A stretch of 64,000 nucleotides of DNA. Origin: Epithemia pelagica. Its lineage: Eukaryota; Protista; Bacillariophyta. The DNA lies in NCBI GenBank assembly GCA_946965045.2, contig OX337233.1, positions 868,001 to 932,000 of the forward strand, written 5' to 3'. The notes under the pieces are model-generated. The model saw nothing but the letters and a program-made list of their open reading frames with translations, searched no databases and was not told where the DNA came from. Numbering within the stretch: position 1 is the first letter of the stretch; each line of letters starts with the position of its first letter. The position numbers were made by a program, and so were the translations under genes. This document shows, piece after piece, positions 30,985 through 43,192 of this stretch.

Positions 30985-33591
30985 TCACGACGACCGTGTC
31001 CTGGGTGGTGGTGGTTCCTCCCCGTGATGTTGATGAGGATAATGACTAGTATTGCTGCTGCTGCTTCGGACGGGTAAGGAATATTGTCGTGTCAACAATT
31101 TTCCATGACTATCGTACAACGTGTCGTGATCGTCGAGAATGGATTCATTGTAGGGACCATGTTGCTGCACCGTAGGAGTGCCATCCGGCGGCACAGGGGC
31201 TGCCAAAGAACCACCACCACCGTGGTGATCGGAATAGGAATACTGCAGGGGTGGATGCTGCGGCTCTGGTTGTAGTGGTGGTCGTACGGTTGTCGTTCTT
31301 GCGTGCTGTGGTACCAAGAATCGAAAGAGCGCGACGGTTCCGGCCAAGTACAAGACGAGCAAGAGCAAGCCTTGAATTTCCAATTGTGCAATGAGATACC
31401 AATTAATCACCATGGCCAAACAGGGAATCCAGGGAACACAGGGAGTACGAAAATAGGACGATGGATCCGTGTCGTCGTCATTGTCGTCAGCGTCATGATC
31501 CATGGAGAGGTGGTGGTGGTGATGGTCGTCGTGGTGATTCCAAGGAGACCTGTCGTCGTCGTCGTTGGGAGAAACGTGTGGTTCCAGTGGTGTCGTGCGG
31601 GGTCCTCCTCCTCCTCGATGGTGATGTGGATCTGTACTACTAGTAGCATGCGGATTGGGATGCTGGTCCACAAAAGGAGCTTGGACCGCCATTCGGTTCG
31701 TCGTCGTCGTTGTTGGGATGGAAGGCTGTACCGCCGTGTACGAATGACGTCGCACTGTGGTCCTTGTCTTGGCAGGGTGGTACGTGGTTCCATTCGCCCC
31801 CCACAGAAGAGGGTTCCAGCAATAGGTCCACCATTGCCACCACTGCGGAGACGGAGGAGGAAAGGGGGGTTGTCGAGTGGTGGTTGTAATGGTGGTACGA
31901 CTGGGTGGTGGTTTGTTGTTGGTCGTAAAATAGGGAACAATGCCCCATCCATAACAGACCACGGTGGCCAGCGTCAAGAGGAGTACGAGTCCTTGGTTCC
32001 ACCATGGTGTCGTTGTTGTTGTTGTCGTCGTGTCAGGATTCTTCATGTCGTTCGTTGGGTCATGGTGGGAGGAGGACGATCGACTCAACAAGAGACTGGT
32101 ACTGGCACAAAGTAGATTGAAGCACAAAATGTTGCGTTGCAACGACATGGTATGGGTGTTGTTGTGGTTGTGTTTGGGGTGGGAAGGAGGAGCATATCCA
32201 TCTTGTTCTTGTGGTGGTTGTTCTTGTGGTGGTTCATGGGCCTCGAGTTCTTCTTGTGGTTGTACTTGTTGTCGTTGTTGCTGTTGCTGTTGTTGGTCCT
32301 GTCTCAATACCAAGAGACTGGCATTGGCCAAACAAAAGGCTACCAAAATGCCACAACTAATCAAATCGTCCAAATACGTAAAGGGCACGGCCGTGGCAAT
32401 GCTCGTCATGACGAGTCCCCAAATCCACGTGGCGCGGCGCAACGGATTGGCAGTGGCCGTACGGCCCGTACGGCCAAACCAAGCGGCCGGCAACAAGCCA
32501 TCGTCGGCCATGCGTTGCGACAAGCGGGGTTGGGCGAGTAACGAGACCAACACAACGACGGGCAGCGTCCCCAATTCTCCGAGGGCCGCCAGTTGCGACC
32601 AGACGGGACGATTCCGCAGGGCAAAGGCGGCGGGAAATCCAGCCGTCGGCGACACGTCCGCGGGATGGGGTACCATGCCCGTCAAGGCCATCGAAGCGCC
32701 GACGGAACACAAGGTGACAATGGCCAGTGTCGCCAAAATGGCGCGTGGCACGTTGCGACGAGGATTCACGGCTTCGCCGGCCACGACACAGACTTCGTCA
32801 TAACCCAAATAGCCAAAAAAGGCCGACGTGGTGCCCCGGACAATGCCCGTCACGCCGTGCGGCGGCGGGGTCGATCGCCAGGCCGCGCCTTGAAACAAGG
32901 TGAATCCACCCACGACCAATCCGGCAATCAAGAGCAGTTTGAGGCCGGTAATGAGATTGGTGACTTGTTTCGATTCTTGCACGCCCCAGACCAACAGGGC
33001 CATGGCCCAGAGCGAAATCAATCCAGCGGGGATATTGATCCAGCCGTCCCCCGGCAACAACCAATCGGACCAAACCGTCGAATGCGTTTGGATGCCGTCG
33101 TCGTCCTGGTTATTGGTGGTGTTCCATTCCTCCTCTTGGTCCTCTTGTCGACTCGCATCACTCATTTGTACCGTCGACGACAGATACCAGACCAGCTTGT
33201 CGCCCCACGTCCGAGCCACCGCCGCACCGGACACGGCATATTCCAAGGTCAAGCAGGCGGCGGCCAAGAGCGCCACCGTCGTGGTATACTGAGAGCCACC
33301 CAAGTGCACGGCGCGACAATAGGCATAGGTCGATCCGGTATCGGGAATGGCACTGGCCAATTCGCACAAACTCAACGCCGACGTGGTGGCGGCGACACCG
33401 GCGCCTATCCACGATAGGTAGGTATACGTTCCCGCATAGCCGTGGGCAATTTGACCGCACAGCACAAAAATGCCCGAACCGACGGTTCCCCCCACACCCA
33501 AGGCAATCAAATCCATCAAGGACATGTGACGATGCGAAGAAGGAGATGGAAGAGGCCTCGAAACATCGGTGGATGACGACGACGACGACAT
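30985..33591 (-). CDS. APC-superfamily (cationic) amino-acid permease with low-complexity insertions
   Basis: GVGGTVGSGIF, GSTYAY, FFGYLGYDEV, GEAVNPRRNVPRAI, and C-terminal FRTPCVPWIP. Intact 868-aa ORF. Confidence 0.92.
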   Translation of the reverse strand: MSSSSSSTDVSRPLPSPSSHRHMSLMDLIALGVGGTVGSGIFVLCGQIAHGYAGTYTYLSWIGAGVAATTSALSLCELASAIPDTGSTYAYCRAVHLGGSQYTTTVALLAAACLTLEYAVSGAAVARTWGDKLVWYLSSTVQMSDASRQEDQEEEWNTTNNQDDDGIQTHSTVWSDWLLPGDGWINIPAGLISLWAMALLVWGVQESKQVTNLITGLKLLLIAGLVVGGFTLFQGAAWRSTPPPHGVTGIVRGTTSAFFGYLGYDEVCVVAGEAVNPRRNVPRAILATLAIVTLCSVGASMALTGMVPHPADVSPTAGFPAAFALRNRPVWSQLAALGELGTLPVVVLVSLLAQPRLSQRMADDGLLPAAWFGRTGRTATANPLRRATWIWGLVMTSIATAVPFTYLDDLISCGILVAFCLANASLLVLRQDQQQQQQQRQQVQPQEELEAHEPPQEQPPQEQDGYAPPSHPKHNHNNTHTMSLQRNILCFNLLCASTSLLLSRSSSSHHDPTNDMKNPDTTTTTTTTPWWNQGLVLLLTLATVVCYGWGIVPYFTTNNKPPPSRTTITTTTRQPPFPPPSPQWWQWWTYCWNPLLWGANGTTYHPAKTRTTVRRHSYTAVQPSIPTTTTTNRMAVQAPFVDQHPNPHATSSTDPHHHRGGGGPRTTPLEPHVSPNDDDDRSPWNHHDDHHHHHLSMDHDADDNDDDTDPSSYFRTPCVPWIPCLAMVINWYLIAQLEIQGLLLLVLYLAGTVALFRFLVPQHARTTTVRPPLQPEPQHPPLQYSYSDHHGGGGSLAAPVPPDGTPTVQQHGPYNESILDDHDTLYDSHGKLLTRQYSLPVRSSSSNTSHYPHQHHGEEPPPPRTRSS

Positions 33592-34244
33592 GATACTGAA
33601 GAGGAGGAACGACTGTGGCTCACCGTATAGACAGTGGTTGGAGTGTGGTTCTCGTCCTTCTGTCTCCTACCACTCTCTCTTTTCCTTTGTTTTTGGAACT
33701 GGTTGGTGTCGGTGCGTCTCGATCCACGACGGAGTGTCTCTTTCTGTTTTTTATAGAGAGAGATCAGTCGTTCGAATCCCAATAATATTATGTTCTCGCT
33801 CCTCTCTCTTCTTTGCTTTTGTTCTGTTGTTGTTTGTTGTGGTTGTTCTGTTCCAAAAGTGTCTTTGGCCACATGTGCAATGGCCACGTTCTCTCGCGGA
33901 ACTTTGGAAGCTCCGGGGTCGCGCTTTCGAAACGCCCTTCGGTCACTAGACGCGACTCGTCAAGGCGCCCATTCCGTCTCGGGCACCCACTCCGTAGCCA
34001 GCATCAATCGAGTTCGTTTGTGACGCGCGCCCAACACACCCATACTTTTTGACTCGATCTCGGACACCATCCTAGAATGGTGAATGGTACCATGTCCGGA
34101 ACAGAGCAGCAAGTTTGTGTGTGTGTTTGGGGGGGGTGTGACCACACACTGCCATCGCCAAGGACTACTACTAGTACTACGACGTGGCACCCGGGCCCGA
34201 TCACCACGGCGGTGGTGGTTCGACAGCCACTGCTGTGCCGCTCG

Positions 34245-34433
34245 ACGGCCACACGACTACCATCGTGCAAGATCCCTACAATGAACCCATTCTCGACCAT
34301 CACGACACTTTGTACGAGAGTCATGGAAAGTTGCTGGCACCACACTATTCCTCACCCGTCCGTACTACGTAGTCATCATCAGCAGCATCCTGCCGTGGAG
34401 GAACCACCACCACCCAGGACACGGTCGTCGTGA
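34245..34433 (+). pseudogene. Permease 3'-end fragment (inverted duplicate)
   Basis: DNA and peptide (PYNEPILDHHDTLYESHGKLL; EEPPPPRTRSS*) match the permease C-terminus at 30985-31170. Confidence 0.85.
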
Positions 34434-35318
34434 GAGGAGAGGGAGATGCCGATACGGAGAAACACACCAAAAACGAGCAGCAACTCCACTCGGTGTGGTG
34501 TGCCAGTCGTCCAAAATTGTCATGACTTCGATTTTTGTTGGTTCCATGGGCAACGGAGTGAGACCAATTGGGGTGACCGACTTTTGGAAGGATTTGGATC
34601 CAGTCCACCACGAAACGAATGTTTGGATGGGGAAGCACAGGATTTGGAGTATCGAAAGGAAGGTCGTTAGCAACATTACAATTCCCACTTGATGTTTGCC
34701 AGTGATTCCAAGAATCGGTGTCGACGTGTTTGGTTTGGATGACCACTCTACCTCAAAGACATTCTATGAGTGACGACTTGATTGGATATCGTCCTTCCAC
34801 CAAGTCTCCCGTTACGAAATGCTCTGTAGAGGTGATCGGTCCAAGCTTGTTTTCTCCGTGTGCATATGTGAATCATTGCTCTTTCGCGCTGATTCGATTT
34901 GAGTTGGACAAGGAAACGATTTTCCTCAAAGACATTTAAGAAAGGATTGGATTGGATATCATGCGTATATAGCCTATCCATGGAGGCATTCCAGTGTTAT
35001 AACGGACTGAAGATCAATCGCGTTTCTCATGCAATGAACCTTCATTCACGTTACTTGAGTTTCAGTGCTCACCGCAAAACCTGAGAGGGAACAACTGCTG
35101 CTTCTTGTTGCAATCCACATGATCTTCCCACGTGCAAGGTCCTCACTCGTCGCCCTTAATCACCCCACGCTCGTGTGGTCCACCGTGCGTAATTCGCAGC
35201 GTGGAACCTCTGCTATCAAGTAAAGTGTACTTTGCGAATCAAATCTGAACTTGGGGTTCAGGAAAACCGCAAATTTTCAGAAGACCCATCGAATTAAGAA
35301 AGCAATCCACAAATCATC

Positions 35319-36850
35319 ATGATCTCCCCACTTGCCAGGTCCTCACTTGTCGCCCTTGCCACCGTCCACCGTGGGTATTTCGCAGCGTGGTCCAGCACCG
35401 TATTGCCACCATTGGATCCTCGCCGGGGGAAACCTGAAACCAGGTGGCGAATGGACGAGGGCCTTCTTTCTCGGCGATCTCATACTTCCAAGGATATCAC
35501 CACCCTGAGTCAAACTAGTTCCAACGATCATCAAGACGAGGCAGCCATCATGGGGACTCGGATGAAGAACCGTACGACGCATCGGAATTGAAGAAACTCT
35601 TGGATGTTATTGACCCGACCGGCTCCTTTGCAACGTGCGGAACCTTTGCATTCCCCGGACCGAACGCCAAGATTGAAATTGCCCGTGTTGGAACGATTGG
35701 ATTGCCTCTCCACCCGGTCCTCGCCAAATATATGAAAGACACTGTGGCGGAGAAGGCCCCGTTTGGACGAGGACCCGAAACATTACTGGACGAGTCGGTT
35801 CGCAAGGCATGGCAAATTGATCCTTGCCAAGTAACTATGACAGGATGGAAGGACACGGTTTCCAACGTGGTCAAACAGGCATGTTACGAGCTTGGTATTT
35901 CCAACGAAAATGTCCAAAACCTTGGCATTGAAGCTCATCTCTACAAGGTTCTCTTGTACGAAAAGGGCGGTCATTTCAAAACACATAAGGACACGGTTAA
36001 GCAAGAAGGCATGTTTGGGACATTGGTCCTCCAGCTACCCAGTGTCTTTGAGGGCAGCGACAGTGTTGTGTCTCACCGTGGTGAGACGAAGCGGTTCAAG
36101 ATATCCGAGGACTGTGAGACAACGTATCAGTACATGGCATTCTATGGAGACTGTGAACATGAAATCATGCCGGTGACCGAGGGTTGGCGGTTCTGTTTGG
36201 TGTACAATTTGGTCGTCACCAAGCCTCATCCCATGGGAGTTGTTCCGGATGGCAGTCAGCTGGAGTCAATGGTGAAGAAGCTTGAGATTGAGGCTGTCAA
36301 ATGGAAAGCAAGCTCTACAGGAAAGTTGGGCTACTGTTTGGATCATGAATACACGCTGGATAGCCTTGACTTTGGAAAGTTGAAGGGGCGCGATGCTGTC
36401 GTCTCGAGTGCATTGCGCCATGCGAAAGATGACGCTGGTAACCGCATGTTTGACCTGTGTCTTGTCTTTTTTTATCAGATGTATGAAGAATTGCCTTGTG
36501 AATACAACAATGAGTATGGAGTCGAAATGATTATCTTTGAGGATGGGAGTAGTGTGACTCGACCGAAGAGTAAGCCCCCCGCAGGTATGAAGGGGATCAA
36601 CATATGGTGTGATAAGGCAATGCATACTTCTCAGAATGATGGATTTGTCAAAGAAATGAAGGATCTTACCGAGGAGGAAAGGGCCGAGTTCGAAGCGAAT
36701 AGTCTTGATGAGGAAATACAGATTGGGAACCGTAAAGAAGTGGAGGTAGAGCACCATGAAGCGGGAAACCAGGGAGGTGGACACACGACGTGGTATCGCT
36801 CGGCAGTCCTGGTCCTTCAACCTGCATGCCACAAGAGTGATGAGAGTTAA
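35319..36850 (+). CDS. 2OG-Fe(II) oxygenase, copy 2; +2 G frameshift right after the internal ATG; catalytic domain open
   Basis: ATGGGGACTCG here versus ATGGACTCG in copies 1 and 3. The HKD/H/R motifs are intact in ORF 35588-36850. Confidence 0.8.
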
Positions 36851-37846
36851 TCTATTCGCAGTCCTCAACTGTGACTCCAACCTAGTAAAATTTTTAGTCC
36901 GAATTGCCTATGAGAACAAAGAGAGTTCTTGGCCGGTCCATTGTTTTACTACTCGTAGTCGGATCTAAATAAGTATGGAGGGGGGAACCTGGAATTACAA
37001 CAAACCTCGACCCCCCTGGACACGAGTCCAGTCCACTACGAGTGGAACCACGGTTGGTCACCAATTCCCTCTCCTTCTTTGTCGACCCCATCCCGAAAAT
37101 GACCTTGAGGAGTTGGAGCAGTTTGACAATGGGAAGCGGATGCGCACCAAGACTTGTGTGGCCTGTGATGGTCTTGGTTTGGTCGTGGACCGACACATTC
37201 ATGCACCCTACAATGCCCATGACGAACGCCTTGGATAATAGTAGCAACGCAACAATGACAATGCTTGCAATGCGGTGGATCACAAATCTGCAGCTTTACA
37301 GGAGGATAGTCCCAGATTCTTACTCAATTGGGGAACCGTTCTTCCGTCCTACAACTTCCAACAGGGTTGCATGGCGCCTGGAACTCCGATATCTCTAACC
37401 AGAGGTAGACCCCACCGAAATGCATGTTCAGGATTATCGATGGTTGTAGTGGTAGCAAGAACCAAACATACAATAAAGATGATGAGGATGATATTGACAC
37501 ACCTGTAGCCATTGCCTTTCGGCAATTCCGTGTGGCCAATCGGAGCAAGGGTCGCAGTGTTATTGGCCTGCCATGTGTCAAGAAAGGATTGTTGCCATTG
37601 GCGCAACCCATTCCAGATGTTGCCACGGCCATTTCCCATACACTGGAACCTCAAATCTTCGAACGGTCCATTGGTTGTCGTTTGGCTTTGCTCGCCCATC
37701 CGAAACACGAGGTAATTTACGAATGATCGTAGAGTTACTTCTGCCATTACGGAGGCACAAAAGCCACTTTTATCACCTCGGTGGAGGCAAACCAAAACCG
37801 TGTCTTTGACTTACTAATCCAATGCTAATATCGTTATTCAAAAAGA

Positions 37847-40800
37847 CTACGCGTCAGAACGATTCGTTCGAATGGTGGTTGCCATGGCTTGGTCTTTGCC
37901 ACCATCCGACTCGGACGACGATGACGACAAGGATACTGCAGCAGCATTCTCCGGACCCACCAGGGACAAGACAACAGGTAACAGAATCAAACCATGACCC
38001 ACACCCAAGGTCACCAAGCCCACAAAGGCAATGAAAATCGTATAAAAGATGGTACTTGTCGAAAAGGCCAATGGCAAGGTTCCCATAAAGGTCGAAATAC
38101 CACCAATCAACACCGATGCACCCATGGTCCTCAACATTTCCGCAACCTTTTCTTCACGGTTGCCCGATGACTCATAGTATCGCAACAAGACGTGCAAAAT
38201 AAAGTCAACCAACAAACCAATCGACATGACCAAGGCAATGTAACTCACGGCATTCACGTGAACACCCGCCCATTGCATCACACCCAACAAATCAATATAC
38301 AACAAACAAATCATGGGAAGGACAAACAAGGCTCCCGTCCAATGGGGAACAAACACCAGAGCGACAGCTGTCACGGCAACCACTCCCAAGACAGTCGTCA
38401 AAATGAGCTCGTCCACTGACACGGCATAAAACTCCCAAATATCATAAATACCATCATAGGAAAAGAACCTCCAGTCGGACTGACCGGCATTGATGGGTTG
38501 ACGGGATGTCACGGATCGCTGATCTTTCAATGTGTCAATTTGATCGTTCACATCTTCAATGTCCACATTGTCCATTTGAAGTTCCACACGAGACGCAATA
38601 ATGTGACCACTTGTCTCATTTCGAACAATGTGATCGGCGTACAAGTCAAAGAACACCAGATCGGACAAAAATGCATCCAGTTGTTGCGGAAAGTCGAGTG
38701 TCGACAAGGTACCACTTTCATCTTGTGCCACAAAAGCTTTAAAGTCACGGAGCCAAAAAAATTCTGGTTGCTCCTCAATCGCATCAATCGTCACAAGATC
38801 ATTCACATAGTCTTCCATTTGTTGTTGAATATCCTCTCGGGACTGATCCACAAACCGAAAGTACGCATAAGGCGCAACTGTACTTCGAGCGGTATACTCG
38901 TCCAAGGAATCCAAAAAGTCAGTCACATAGGAATCATCTGGCATCACGTCCGAGAACTCAAACTCTTGCGTCAAATTGGATGCACTGAACGAGCACACAA
39001 TGGCCAATGCAACAAACGAGACAAGGACCACAACCTTGACGATAGGGTTCATCAAAAACTTGGCATACCGGACCATAAATGCGTCCACAAAAGTGCCAGT
39101 GTGTTTGGATGAACTTGTTGTTGTTGTTGTTGCCTGTTTTGGTGCAGTACTGGTCTCTTCGTCTTGTTGCTGTTGTTCTTCGTCATCATTATCGTTTCCT
39201 GGCTTGGCCGTGATGCAAGTGCAGCAATCACGACGTCCCTCTTGGATGCGACGAGCATCCAGCACGAGGCAACCCACGAAAAAGGTCAATTGGTAAATAT
39301 AGATAAAGATAATTGTGGGAAAGGCATACAAACACAACCAATACACGGCCGGAATGCTCGACAAACAACCGAGGCCAAAGGCCAACACCGAGGTCAAGGT
39401 TGTCAAGGTAATGGAAAGACCGGCTTCTTCCATGGTCTCCTCAATCCGTTCCGTAATTTCCTTGTCTTCACTGGTTCGGGAAAAGGCCCCATACACAATA
39501 AAGGCATCATCCAAACCAATACCAAAAATGACAAAGGGAAGAATCTGAGTCATGGAGGTGAAGCTCACGCCGATTATGAACAAGAGACCAAATCCAGAAA
39601 AGAGACTGAGCAAGACCGAAATGACTGCGGAAAAGCCCAACAAACTTTGCGACCGAACCTTGTCCCTTTTCCAAAACACCAAGGCTGTGAAAATCGACAT
39701 GACCACAAAGACAATGGGAATCAAGGGAATATCTCGCACAATGGCACGTTCAAATCTGTTGTAAAAGCACAAAGAGAAACATCATGAGCATCAGAGAACC
39801 AGATAACATGTTTTATAACTTGCAGCATTGATATAAAACATCGCACGTACTCATCGCCAAAAGACCGTTCGGCCAACACTTCAAGATGCAAATTGTTGCC
39901 CTGGATTGCCTCGAGAGCATCACTCAAGTCATGAATGGCATCCAAGGCATCCTCTTCAAAGTCTTCCACCTCTTCCTCATCGGTACCCGGCAAGGCAAAC
40001 GTGATGGAATACGACTGGGCCGACACCAAGGTACCATCAGAACTACGCTCTGGTTTGCCAAAGACTCCATTTTCCGAAACTGGACTGCCATCGGGAAAGG
40101 TCAGGGCCGACATGGCTTCAATGGCTTCTTGATCCGAACCAATCTGGTCTTCAAAAATGGCGGTCGTCAAGTTCCAAAAGTTGACCACACCATCAATTTC
40201 ACACGTTGTCTCACCAGTAGTGGGATTGATGTAGGTGCTCTTGGCACAAATACGATCGTACCCCCGAACACCTCGCACGGTATCCAAGGCTTCAAAGACA
40301 TGATTCAACTGAGATTGACCCAAGACATTGGCACCATTGGCATGAAAAAAGAGAATAAAATCACGCGATTCCACTGGAAAGCCTGGTTTGGACTCTTCAA
40401 TCCAATCACTATGCTTGACCGGTTTCGAGTTGGCGGGTGTCCACAACTTGTCTTCGTCCACATCCAAGGTGAAATTGGTAAACAAACCCACGACCAAGAG
40501 CATCAAGGATAAACACGTGACGGCGAGAATGGTGCGTTTGGGGTTGCGAGCAGCAATTTGCGTCACACGCTGCAAGGAGGCCACAATGGGAGCATGGAGG
40601 AACAAGACGCCACGCGTCCACTTGTCGGACAAAGTGTCAGACTGGAGCGTGTCGTTCTCGCGAGAGTCTGCAGTACGACGAGAATGGTCGTTAGTATATT
40701 ACAGTTTCAGTGTTGAACCTTGCAATACATCGCCATGTTTCATCGTACCTTGCTCATTGGAGGTGTGGCTGTCATCAGACGGCGTAATATTATCGTCCAA

Positions 40801-40869
40801 GACAACCGATTCCATCTTGGAAGGCGCCATGTTGGCAGTTTCGTTTTCCTTTTCAAATTCAAGGCTCAT
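37847..40869 (-). CDS. Patched/NPC1-like sterol-sensing-domain membrane protein, copy 1 (exons 40869-39851 and 39755-37847)
   Basis: GT-AG intron 39756-39850 joins FGDE to FERAIVRD. SSD-like GIGLDDAFIV, EEAGLSITLTTLTS, SIGLLVDF, HGLILLPV. About 975 aa. Confidence 0.9.
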
Positions 40870-41764
40870 CTTGGTTGAGTTCTTTGTTTGCTGAATCGTT
40901 TTTGATTCGAGTGGAAGCTTGTTTTATGAGCTTTGGTTGGATCCTTGACACGATACATAACTTTTTCGTTGGCGATATTGGAGAGGAAGATGACGAGGAT
41001 GATGTAAGATATAGAATCTAGTTGGGGAATGATCCTGTTCCTTCCCGATTCGTTGGTGGGAATCAATTTCAAAGTCCATGGAGTGTTCTCGTGTGATCAT
41101 CCTGTAGACACATGATGATGGGTCTTCCTTGCTGTCTGCACGATGGTTGTCTCTTGTCACAACGAGAGAAACGGATGCTCTCGGTTTGTTCCTAGGAATC
41201 CACAGGATGCAAGTCATGAGAGGTTGCCTCTCAGCCAAGAAGCACCGCGATGCAAGGACGATCACTTGTCGAAGGATCCGGAATGTTCTTGCTATTGACG
41301 TAGGCTGTGACCCTACGGTGTATTGGTAGAGGCTGAGGACGATGGTGGTATGCTTACAGCTTACACACTCCACCAACATTGGAACAATGAGGAAGCACCA
41401 CAAAATGAGAGATGTCGAACAACGTAATCGGTTGTCCGGACGAGCATACGTGCCGGCGCGCGCCTTGCCTTTTGAACTATGAATGAAAGTGTACTGATCA
41501 GATCTCAAACTCTCTCCTCTATTGGATACAGGTAGCAGCAACAGCAGTAAAAGGTTAGCAGCAGCAGCAACATAGCTACTCCTACAATCACGAGTAGGCA
41601 CAAACGAGAGCATAGCGGAGATGTCAAAGCGAGAGGAAGAATGGGCCAAGGAGCTCAAGGCGGTGGAGGAAGATATCGCCAAGAAGTGGGAATGCGTTGA
41701 TGTGGTGAAAAAGGAGGCGACCGAGTGTTCAGACCCCGAATGGCGTACAGCTACAGGACGGCAG

Positions 41765-42040
41765 ATCCACTGCAAAACCTGAAAAGGCGGAATGCTTCTC
41801 GACAACTCCCATGTTACCCTGCGTTTTCCCACGTCCAAGGTTGCGACCGTATACACCCTTACGCTCGTACTTTACAGCATGGTCCACCGTGTATAATTTG
41901 CAGCGTATCGCAGTCCATCACCGTGCACCCGTACGTTCGCATTGCCACACACTCAACTCCATCAACCCGTTGGCGGATCCTCCACAAGGTGCTTTCTCGA
42001 CAATCGCTCATTCTTTCAAGGATATCATCACCGCAGGTCA
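41765..42040 (+). pseudogene. Diverged relic of the 2OG upstream/leader region
   Basis: GCAAAACCTGA, TTCCCACGT.CAAGG and CCACCGTG.TAATT.GCAGCGT occur collinearly with 35075-35200. Peptides RSYFTAWSTV and HSFKDIITA echo the 2OG leader. Confidence 0.55.
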
Positions 42041-43192
42041 ACCTAGAATGCGCAACGCATGGTTCCCAAAACGGCGCGTTCGCGTTGCGGAAGCCCAGCG
42101 GCGCGCAAAAGAGCGTCACATGCCAACAAAAAAGAGGTAGTTGTTGTTGTGGACTTGGTGTTGGTGTGGCTCCTCTTCTTGTCTATTACTAGGACTCTAA
42201 CGGCTTCGCCAAGAACTACTACTACAATGTGGCACGTTGGTAACGTGCCTCCTTGTGGTTCCTATTGTTGAAAGGAAGGTTTGTGCCAGAAGGAAATCGC
42301 GGTTGACGGCAACAGTCCATTGTGTGTGTCTCTGGAGTTTAGGGGGCGGGGGGCGAGCGGAATTCTTGGAACTAAAGAGGAGGAATTGTTCCAATGCATT
42401 TGTGGAGAGGTCGTGCTATTATTTGATGTAGTCAGTTCCCGTCCAAACGACGGAGATTAAGTTTATATGGGATCGGTTCGCCTTCAGGAGCAACCACACT
42501 TTTGTTGTGCGGAGGAGGAGGGATTCGATGGACACGTTCCGCGTGTGAGTTCTTTGTGAAGAACGGTCCTCCCATGGCTTCTAATTTGTTGCTGTTATCA
42601 TTGAGTGGAAAGAACACACCCGTGTGAGGTTGTTGTGTGGAGGGCAGCCTCAAAATCTCCATGTTGCGGCATTCTCCACAGTCACTCTTGACATTGTCAC
42701 CATTGCAAACGCGCTTCGAATGGCTACTACCGAGGACTGGGATATACGAAACAGGAACATATGCAGTAGCAGTTTTGCTGTGATGTATGCAACACGAAAA
42801 CTCGTTTCGAATAACTACTGCCTAGGACTGAGATATATACAACACGAACAGATGAAGTAATAGCTTGGCTGTGAGGTATGCAACATGCAACACGAAACGA
42901 ATGATGATGGTTTCTCGCTACGTTAACTCAATCTGTCATACATACACTTTCGCGATACTCCGCCACAGGTTCTTCTTTGCGCATTTGCTCACGCAACGAT
43001 ACAAGCAACGCCTGGATTCTTTCACTTTGCCTGTAACTGCCTAGGTCTTCGTCAGAGCACCAGCATCACCGCAAAAACTGGAAAGGGAATGAGCAATAAG
43101 TACAATTCAAGCTAATAAGGCGATAAGCGGTAATTGCAAGTGCCATAACCTCTGCTATCAAGTAAAGTGTACTTTGCGAATGAAATCTGAAC

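Larger units (their letters stand above)
28560..36890. repeat. Inverted duplication flanking the permease: ~28.56-31.17 kb versus ~34.25-36.89 kb
   Basis: The 2OG gene, intergenic DNA and permease 3' end are present in mirror orientation. Confidence 0.88.

Noticed and set aside
31084-33460. Numerous overlapping ORFs opposite or within the permease (likewise over RT, Patched-like and piggyBac genes)
   Set aside because: Shadow frames of low-complexity coding DNA with no independent motifs.
36460-36480. Polypyrimidine-CAG before hypervariable patch 1 as a splice acceptor
   Set aside because: It is explained by the codons for LVFF(S/Y)Q in a continuous ORF, and no matching donor is evident.
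40924-41856. 310-aa minus-strand ORF upstream of Patched-like copy 1
   Set aside because: No recognisable domain, and the frame is not preserved in the duplicate; probably a chance ORF.
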